DNA from: Chthoniobacteraceae bacterium
GTDB lineage: Bacteria; Verrucomicrobiota; Verrucomicrobiia; Chthoniobacterales; Chthoniobacteraceae
Length of the DNA: 13,080 bases
NCBI GenBank assembly: GCA_031409335.1
Contig: JANNWY010000013.1
Span: 1 to 13,080 of the forward strand
Direction of reading: 5' to 3'
Translations under genes and position numbers: made by a program
Part shown: positions 7,483-13,080 of the stretch, in pieces
Layout: every line of letters starts with the position of its first letter
How positions within the stretch are numbered: position 1 is the stretch's first letter
Notes under the pieces: model-generated
Told to the model about the DNA's origin: nothing
The model's input: the letters and a program-made list of their open reading frames with translations, nothing else
Databases searched by the model: none

Positions 7483-9429
7483 TTACCAGTCGCGTATGAC
7501 ACGGCCCGGCCGTTTTTGTTCGCGCGGATCGAGCAGATGCACCTTCGCATCCTCCGCTTTCAGCGACTCCAAAAGACTCTTTGCCTGCCGCTCCGTCATC
7601 CGCCCCTCCGCCGCGGCAGCCTCGGCTTCCGCCTGTTCCATCGCCTCCTGATTTTCCTTTGAGTCCTTGTCGAATTGCGGCGCTTCCTTCAACTCACCCT
7701 CCTTCTTTTTCCCAGGCTCGGCGGGCTGCGGCTCGCCGTCTTTGCCCTTCTCATCTTTCGGCTCGCCCTGTTTTCCTTCTTTTTGATCGGCATCCTTTTT
7801 CTCCCCGTCTTCCCCGGATTCCGATTTGCCATCCTTCTCGTCGCCCTTCTCGCCATCCTTCTTGTCCTGCTCCTTCTGGTTGGATTTGTCCCCCTTTTCC
7901 TGCTCCTTCTTCTCGCCGTCCTTCGAGTCCTTTTTGTCTTTGTCGCTTTGGTCTTTCTTGTCCTGTTTTTTGTCCTCCTTCTTCTCTTCCTGCTGCTGCT
8001 TTTCCAGCGCAGCGATTGCCTTGGACACCGCGTCCCGATTGAATTTCGCGTCCGCGTTCTGCGGCTCCACCTTCAGCGCCTGGTCGTAATGCTGGAGCGC
8101 ATTTTCCCACTCCTGAATTTTCGGCTCCTTGTCCTTCAACTCCGCGCCGCGTTTGAAAAGCGTGTTCCCCAAATTGTATTCCGCCTTCGCGTGCAACTTC
8201 GGGTCCGGCGAAGTCACCGCCTTGCTGAAAGCCTCCAGCGCCTTGTCGAGATCGCCGCTCTGATACGCCGCACTCCCGAGATTGAAATGCAGCTCCGGCG
8301 ACTCTGGGCGCAGCCGCAGTTGTTTTGAAAAACGCGCTTCCGCATCCTTGAAGTCCTTGCGCTCATAAGCCTCCACGCCCGCGTTTTTCCCAAACGCCGC
8401 CGCATTCAAAAAAAGCAGCATCGCCACCGCCGCGGCCCTGCGCCGCTCGCCGATCAGCATCGCCACTGCCAGCAGCAGGATGCCCGCGCCAAGCGGCCAT
8501 TGGTAGCGCTCGATTGGCTGGCGGGAAACTTTTGCGTCGATGTCGGTTTCAGTCATGGATCCAAGGCCGTCGCGGATGAGTTGCCCCATCTGCTCGCGGC
8601 TGTTTAGGAGACCAAGGTAGAAGCCTCCGCCCGCTTCTGCAATTTTTCGCAAACGATCTTCGTCGAGTCGCGATTTTACGATTTGCCCGTCGCTGTCCTT
8701 CAAAAACTCCGTGCCACCGCGCGCCCCCGGCATCGGGATGAGCGCGCCCTCCGCCGACCCGAGCCCGATCGTGAAAATCTTCAGCACATCCTTCTGCTTC
8801 TCCGCCTCCTTCACGCCATCCGCATCCAGCTCCTCGCCATCGGTGAAAACGATGAGCGCGCGGTGATCGCTCTCGCCTTTCCCAAACGCATCCATCGCCG
8901 TCCGAATCGCTCCCGCGATGTCCGTGCCGCCGCGCGGGATGATCTCGGTGTCGAGTTCCTGGAGCGAACTCAGAATCGCATTCGTGTCCGCCGTCAGGGG
9001 CGCCTGGAGAAAAGCGCCGCCCGCAAACGCAATCACACCGACGCGATCGCCCTGCAACTGCGTGATGAGATCCTGCGCCGCGAGTTTCGCCCGCGTCAGC
9101 CGGTTCGGCGCGAGGTCCGTCGCCAGCATACTTTTCGACGTGTCGATCGCGATGATCACATCGCGCCCGCGCCGCTTCGATTCCTGCCAGGTGAAACCAT
9201 AGCGCGGCTGCGCCAGGCTCACGATCAGCGCCGCCAGCGCGAGCAGCAGCAGCGCAAATTTCCACCGCCGTTTCGGCACGCTCACCGTCCCCGCCAGCCG
9301 CTCGTGCAGCCGCGTCGCGATCAGTTTTCCGAGCAGCACGCGGCGACGGCGCTCGTTTTGAAAAAACACGATCGCGAGCAGTGGCAGCAGCGCGAGCGCC
9401 CAGAACCAGAGTGGCTGCGCAAAGGTCAT
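7483..9429 (-). CDS. batB: BatB-BatC fusion: membrane-anchored VWA domain + TPR + charged low-complexity tail
   Basis: BatA-type N-terminus (FAQPLWFWALALLPLL), LAQPRYG, MIDAS DTSKSM, APNRLTRAK, DRVGVIAFAG, QAPLTAD, FTDGEE. These are followed by TPRs (FNLGSAAYQ, YNLGNTLFK), a K/E/D/Q-rich linker, MTERQAKSLLESL and the terminal RDW typical of BatC. AGGAG SD before the ATG at 9429. Confidence 0.92.
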   Translation of the reverse strand: MTFAQPLWFWALALLPLLAIVFFQNERRRRVLLGKLIATRLHERLAGTVSVPKRRWKFALLLLALAALIVSLAQPRYGFTWQESKRRGRDVIIAIDTSKSMLATDLAPNRLTRAKLAAQDLITQLQGDRVGVIAFAGGAFLQAPLTADTNAILSSLQELDTEIIPRGGTDIAGAIRTAMDAFGKGESDHRALIVFTDGEELDADGVKEAEKQKDVLKIFTIGLGSAEGALIPMPGARGGTEFLKDSDGQIVKSRLDEDRLRKIAEAGGGFYLGLLNSREQMGQLIRDGLGSMTETDIDAKVSRQPIERYQWPLGAGILLLAVAMLIGERRRAAAVAMLLFLNAAAFGKNAGVEAYERKDFKDAEARFSKQLRLRPESPELHFNLGSAAYQSGDLDKALEAFSKAVTSPDPKLHAKAEYNLGNTLFKRGAELKDKEPKIQEWENALQHYDQALKVEPQNADAKFNRDAVSKAIAALEKQQQEEKKEDKKQDKKDQSDKDKKDSKDGEKKEQEKGDKSNQKEQDKKDGEKGDEKDGKSESGEDGEKKDADQKEGKQGEPKDEKGKDGEPQPAEPGKKKEGELKEAPQFDKDSKENQEAMEQAEAEAAAAEGRMTERQAKSLLESLKAEDAKVHLLDPREQKRPGRVIRDW

Positions 9430-9436
9430 GCGTGAT

Positions 9437-9442
9437 CTCCTT
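9437..9442 (-). promoter_or_regulatory. Shine-Dalgarno site for batBC
   Basis: Minus strand reads CAAAAAGGAGATCACGC-ATG, i.e. AAGGAG 7 nt upstream of the ATG at 9429. Confidence 0.7.
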
Positions 9443-9444
9443 TT

Positions 9445-9532
<88 letters not shown>

Positions 9533-9541
9533 TCCTCTTCT

Positions 9542-10558
9542 TCACGGCAGCCTCCTCCAAATCGTCTGCCCCAAAAGCATCTCCAGCGCGATCAGCGCAA
9601 AGCCCGGCACGAGAAACCACGCAAACAAGTCCCGGAATTGTTTGTATTGATCCAACTCCACCGTCGATTTTTCCAGTTGGTCGATCTGCCCGAAAATATC
9701 CTCCAGCGATTTCCCATCCGTCGCGCGGAAGTATTTCGCATCCGTCATCGTCGCGATTTCGGTCAGCGTCTTCTCATCCACCTCCACTTTCACATTTTGG
9801 TAAACCGTCCGCCCGAACATGTCCTGCACCGGCACCGGCGCATAGCCGCGCGTCCCCGCGCCGACGGTATAAACCTTGATCCCCAGCGCCTTCGCCGCCT
9901 CCGCCGCGGTCGCCGGCGTCACCTTGCCCGAGTTGTTGTCTCCGTCCGTCAGCAGCACCACGATCTTGCTCTTCGCCTCCTTGTCCTTCAGCCGATTCGA
10001 GGCGGACGCAATCGCCGACCCGATCGCCGTCCCATCTTCCACCAGCCCGATCCGCACGCGCTCGAGATTTTGCAAAAGCCAGTCGTGATCCAAAGTCAGC
10101 GGACTCACCAGATAGGGCCGCCCCGCAAAACACGTGATGCCGATGCGATCATTGGGCCGCGCCTCGATGAATTTCTGAGTCACGCTCTTCACCGCCTCCA
10201 GCCGGTTTGCGCGCTGATTTCCGATCGAAAGATCTTCCGCCAGCATCGACCGCGAAACGTCGATCGCCAGCATGATGTCGATCCCACTCGCCTGCACGCG
10301 GCTCAATGTCCGCCCGAGCTGCGGCCGCGCCAGCGCCACGATCAGCAGCGCCAGTCCGAGCAGCAGCAGGCTGAGTAGAATGTTCCCGCGCTTCGCCCGG
10401 CGCGCTTTTCCCGAAGCACGCACTGGAGCGAGCGAGGAAAACGTGACCGCCGGCGCATGTCCACGCGCCCCGGCCAGCAGCGCGAGCAGCGGCAGCAGCA
10501 GCAGCAAAAGCAGGAGCCACGGGTGCGTGAAGTTGAGGGACTCGCCGAAAAAATTCAT
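9542..10558 (-). CDS. batA: BatA VWA-domain membrane protein
   Basis: FTHPWLLLLLLLLPLL, ALARPQLG, GIDIMLAIDVSRSM (MIDAS), NRLEAVK, RPNDRIG, SPLTLDH, DGTAIGSAI, KSKIVVLLTDGDNNSG, GIKVYTVGAG, KYFRATD, IDQLEKS, C-terminal RRLP. Confidence 0.96.
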   Translation of the reverse strand: MNFFGESLNFTHPWLLLLLLLLPLLALLAGARGHAPAVTFSSLAPVRASGKARRAKRGNILLSLLLLGLALLIVALARPQLGRTLSRVQASGIDIMLAIDVSRSMLAEDLSIGNQRANRLEAVKSVTQKFIEARPNDRIGITCFAGRPYLVSPLTLDHDWLLQNLERVRIGLVEDGTAIGSAIASASNRLKDKEAKSKIVVLLTDGDNNSGKVTPATAAEAAKALGIKVYTVGAGTRGYAPVPVQDMFGRTVYQNVKVEVDEKTLTEIATMTDAKYFRATDGKSLEDIFGQIDQLEKSTVELDQYKQFRDLFAWFLVPGFALIALEMLLGQTIWRRLP

Positions 10559-11091
10559 ATCCGTTCGCCTTGCACAAACTGGATCGCGCTTTCCAAAAGC
10601 TGCCCGCTGTCCGCGCTCGTCGCGTCGATGCGCGCAAATTTGATCAGGTCGCAGCGTTCCAGAAAGCCGGAGAGCAAACTCTTCTCGTTCTCCGAAAACT
10701 TCACCGAGCGCGAAATCGCGGACAGAAATTCTGTCGAAGTTTGCTCGCGCGCGTGCAGCCGGTATTGCGCGCCGATGTAGCCGCGGAGCACGTCCGACAC
10801 GGCAATGCTGAAATCATACGGCGTCTGCCGCTCGACCTGCGGGCGCAGTGCTTCGAGTTCGCGGACGGCGATTTCGCGCGGTGTGGGCGGCGGCGGTTTG
10901 GGTCGGTCGCGCCGCTTTTTAACGATGAACGCCACGATACTTGCGATTACCGCGAGCGCGAGGATCGCGGCGAGCACGACCATCCACGTCGGGTACGGGA
11001 AAATGTCCATTGGCGGCGCGATGTCGCGCAGCTCCGGCAATTCGGACTGCGGCGCGGCGGGAGCTTGATTGATCGCGGCGAGGAACGTCAT
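10555..11091 (-). CDS. DUF4381-like single-TM Bat-operon protein
   Basis: ELRDIAPP, TM helix, PPPPTPREIAVRELEAL, SDVLRGYI, AREQTSTEFL, FLERCDLIKFA. Occupies the usual position between DUF58 and batA, with ATGA overlaps on both sides. Confidence 0.85.
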   Translation of the reverse strand: MTFLAAINQAPAAPQSELPELRDIAPPMDIFPYPTWMVVLAAILALAVIASIVAFIVKKRRDRPKPPPPTPREIAVRELEALRPQVERQTPYDFSIAVSDVLRGYIGAQYRLHAREQTSTEFLSAISRSVKFSENEKSLLSGFLERCDLIKFARIDATSADSGQLLESAIQFVQGERI

Positions 11092-11987
11092 CGGATCATC
11101 AGCCGACGCTCGCGCGTGCGGAAAAAAGTGCGGAGCGCGGGGAGATAATCCTCGTCGGTTTGCAGCGAGATCGTGTCGATGCGCTTCGTGCGGAATTGGC
11201 GCAGGCGTTCATTCGTCTGCGCATCCACCGCTTTCAGAAACGCCATCCGCGCGCTGCGGCTCGACGTGTCGAATTCCAACTGCTCGCCCGTCTCCGCATC
11301 CTCGAACGTCACCAGCCCCACATCGGGCAGCTCCTCCTCGCGCGGATCGACGATCGGGATCGCGATCAAATCGTGACGTCGCGCGGTGACGCCGAGTTCC
11401 TTGGAAAAGTCCGGCGCTTGAAAATCCGACACGAGAAAAACGACCGCGCGCCGGTGGAGCACATGGTTCAAATGTTTCAGCGCGATCCCCGGCTCCGTCC
11501 CTCGCCCCTTCGGCTCGAAGAACAAAATTTCGCGAATGATCCGCAGCGTGTGCAGCCGCCCTTTTTTCGGCGCGATGAACAGCTCGACGTGATCCGAAAA
11601 CAAAATCAGTCCCACCTTGTCGTTGTTGCGGATCGCGCTGAAAGCCAGCAGCGAAGCCACTTCCGCCGCCAGCTCGCGCTTGCTCAAACTCACGCTGCCA
11701 AAATTCCCCGACGCACTCACATCCACCACGAGCATCACGATGAGTTCCCGCTCCTCGGTGAATTTCTTTACATAAGCCTCCCCGTTCATCTCCCCGTAAC
11801 GCGCCGTCACATTCCAATCAATCGTCCGCACTTCATCCCCCGGCGCATACTCGCGCACTTCCTCAAAATTCATCCCGCGTCCTTTGAAAACGGAACGGTA
11901 TTGCCCGGAGAAAACGGCATTCACCATCCCGCGCGTCTTCAGTTCGAGACGGCGGATTTTCTTCAGGATGTCGCGGGCTTCAGTCAT
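11088..11987 (-). CDS. DUF58 domain protein (MoxR-associated)
   Basis: GQYRSVFKGRGMNFEEVREYAPGDEVRTIDWNVTAR, VKKFTEERE, VDVSASGNFGS, NNDKVGLILFSD, VFLVSDF, EDAETGE. Confidence 0.96.
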   Translation of the reverse strand: MTEARDILKKIRRLELKTRGMVNAVFSGQYRSVFKGRGMNFEEVREYAPGDEVRTIDWNVTARYGEMNGEAYVKKFTEERELIVMLVVDVSASGNFGSVSLSKRELAAEVASLLAFSAIRNNDKVGLILFSDHVELFIAPKKGRLHTLRIIREILFFEPKGRGTEPGIALKHLNHVLHRRAVVFLVSDFQAPDFSKELGVTARRHDLIAIPIVDPREEELPDVGLVTFEDAETGEQLEFDTSSRSARMAFLKAVDAQTNERLRQFRTKRIDTISLQTDEDYLPALRTFFRTRERRLMIR

Positions 11988-12481
11988 TGGCGGGGAAGGT
12001 CATTGCTCCGTCCGAGTGCATCAGCGGGTTCAGGTTCATGCTCTTCGAGGAAGGACGGAAGAGGGTAGTCTGACATGGGCACATGTGGTCCGGGCGCGTA
12101 GGCTACGATCAACAAGTCTTTGTTCGTGGCAGGCTCGAAGCGGCAATACATGCGCCCCCACGAAAACTCACGCTGGCCACCCAGGTCCGCATTGATCACG
12201 CCTTCGTGAAAGGCCCGGCGCTCGGCATCGGCGGGCGTGCCGGATCGGTAGAAGGAATGAAAATGGGACAGCAAAACCAACTGAACACGGGATTCAGAAT
12301 CAACAATAGCCGTAGTCTCGAACTCACCGCGATCGGAACGATGAATGCCGAGATGGCAGCCCTTCCAGCCGGGCACCATGAACTCGTGCGCGTCTTGAAT
12401 ATGGCTGGCTGACAGCTTCATGTGCGCCTCGATTTGCAGGTCATCATCAAACGAAACCTGACCTGTAATGCGGGAAATCAT
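11984..12481 (-). CDS. Hypothetical protein (atypical composition) coupled to DUF58
   Basis: Globular-looking 165-aa ORF whose stop overlaps the DUF58 start (ATGA). Start is ATG 12481 or in-frame GTG 12496. The ORF-track extension to 12571 runs into the repeat. Confidence 0.7.
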   Translation of the reverse strand: MISRITGQVSFDDDLQIEAHMKLSASHIQDAHEFMVPGWKGCHLGIHRSDRGEFETTAIVDSESRVQLVLLSHFHSFYRSGTPADAERRAFHEGVINADLGGQREFSWGRMYCRFEPATNKDLLIVAYAPGPHVPMSDYPLPSFLEEHEPEPADALGRSNDLPRQ

Positions 12482-12568
12482 CGTCTCTTTGTTCACTGCT
12501 CGGCTGGCAAATCCTGCAACCGAAATTGAGTGGAAGTTACTAGCACCCGATTGCAGACCAAACCTCGG

Positions 12569-12757
12569 CAAGCCTGAAAGGCTGACACAACCCAGCCCAG
12601 GGCAACGCCCTGGGTTCGCAGATACAACGAAATGAAGCCCTGAAAGGGCGGGAGAACCGATGAATCCGGGATGTTTCGCCCTTTCAGGGCTTTTGCCATT
12701 TTTTCATCGCACCCCGGGCGTTGCCCTGGGCTGGGTTGTGTCAGCCTTTCAGGCTTG
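12569..12757. mobile_element. Non-autonomous nested palindromic element (MITE/REP-like, GCCCTGAAAGGGC / CCCAGGGCAACGCCCTGGG type)
   Basis: Perfect 42-bp inverted repeats at 12569-12610 and 12716-12757; inner perfect 16-bp IR AAGCCCTGAAAGGGCG at 12635-12650 / 12677-12692. Each arm is itself built of small hairpins. From memory it resembles palindromes that flank Y1 (IS200/IS605/RAYT-type) transposases; no transposase is present here. Confidence 0.8.
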
Positions 12758-12791
12758 GCAGTAAGTTGGTTTGCGAACATGCTCTGGAGCT

Positions 12792-13079
12792 TCAAGACTT
12801 CGGCTTGCAGCAGAAGAAAGGGTGAACGCCGGTCAAGAAAGGTGCCCCGCCCAAAACAATCACGATATTGGCCAATTGCAGATTCCCGGCGTAATTCCAT
12901 CCCGGATCAGAAAACGCAACTGAGCTAGCGCCGCTTACTACCAGTCCGAAACCGAGCAGCGGCAAAACTAAGCCTGCTAGTGCCCCGTCAGCCGTGGGAT
13001 GATGGCTGACGAAAGCGCACTTTGGACTGCGGTGGGAAGCGGGCGCGCCCCACCCCCATAGGAGGTGGACCCGGGGGGG
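12792..13079 (-). pseudogene. Possible 3' fragment of a membrane-protein gene
   Basis: My own translation: the frame is open from the window edge to TGA at 12794-12792. From about 12983 it reads ALAGLVLPLLGFGLVVSGASSVAFSDPGWNYAGNLQLANIVIVLGGAPFLTGVHPFFCCKPKS (two hydrophobic segments). The upstream part looks non-coding or repeat-like. Confidence 0.3.
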
Positions 13080-13080
13080 G

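Noticed and set aside
7476..7550. ORF-track N-terminal extensions of batD (to 7550) and, similarly, of the DUF3108-like gene (to 4877)
   Set aside because: They overlap upstream genes extensively. The downstream ATGs (7475, 4796) give signal peptides and normal operon spacing.
7675..8328. Very hydrophobic + strand ORF (217 aa) and 7826..8089
   Set aside because: Antisense shadows of the purine-rich K/E/D tract of batBC.
12493..12928. ORFs 12493..12900 (-) and 12671..12928 (+) as conventional protein genes
   Set aside because: They are largely translations of the palindrome (SPGQRPG, ALKGR, QGVALGW, RPFRA). The minus frame is kept only as a possible coupling bridge.

Overview
GC-rich bacterial DNA; gene content and repeat style suggest Verrucomicrobiota/PVC, which is an inference. 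The + strand carries folD, a 2-TM hypothetical protein, a 68-aa secreted Cys-pair protein followed by an intrinsic terminator, and an O-antigen-ligase/O-OTase-like membrane protein with C-terminal TPRs. The - strand carries a tightly coupled Bat (MoxR/VWA-type) operon: hypothetical, DUF58, DUF4381-like, batA, fused batB-batC, batD, batE and a DUF3108-like gene. No moxR is present in the window. The most unusual feature is three unrelated palindromic elements inside this operon. A 166-bp GTAG-REP doublet lies in frame inside the batE signal peptide. An inverted heptamer-repeat hairpin lies between batA and batBC. A 189-bp nested GCCCTGAAAGGGC-type palindrome lies upstream. Each is crossed by an open frame on the operon strand that would preserve translational coupling.
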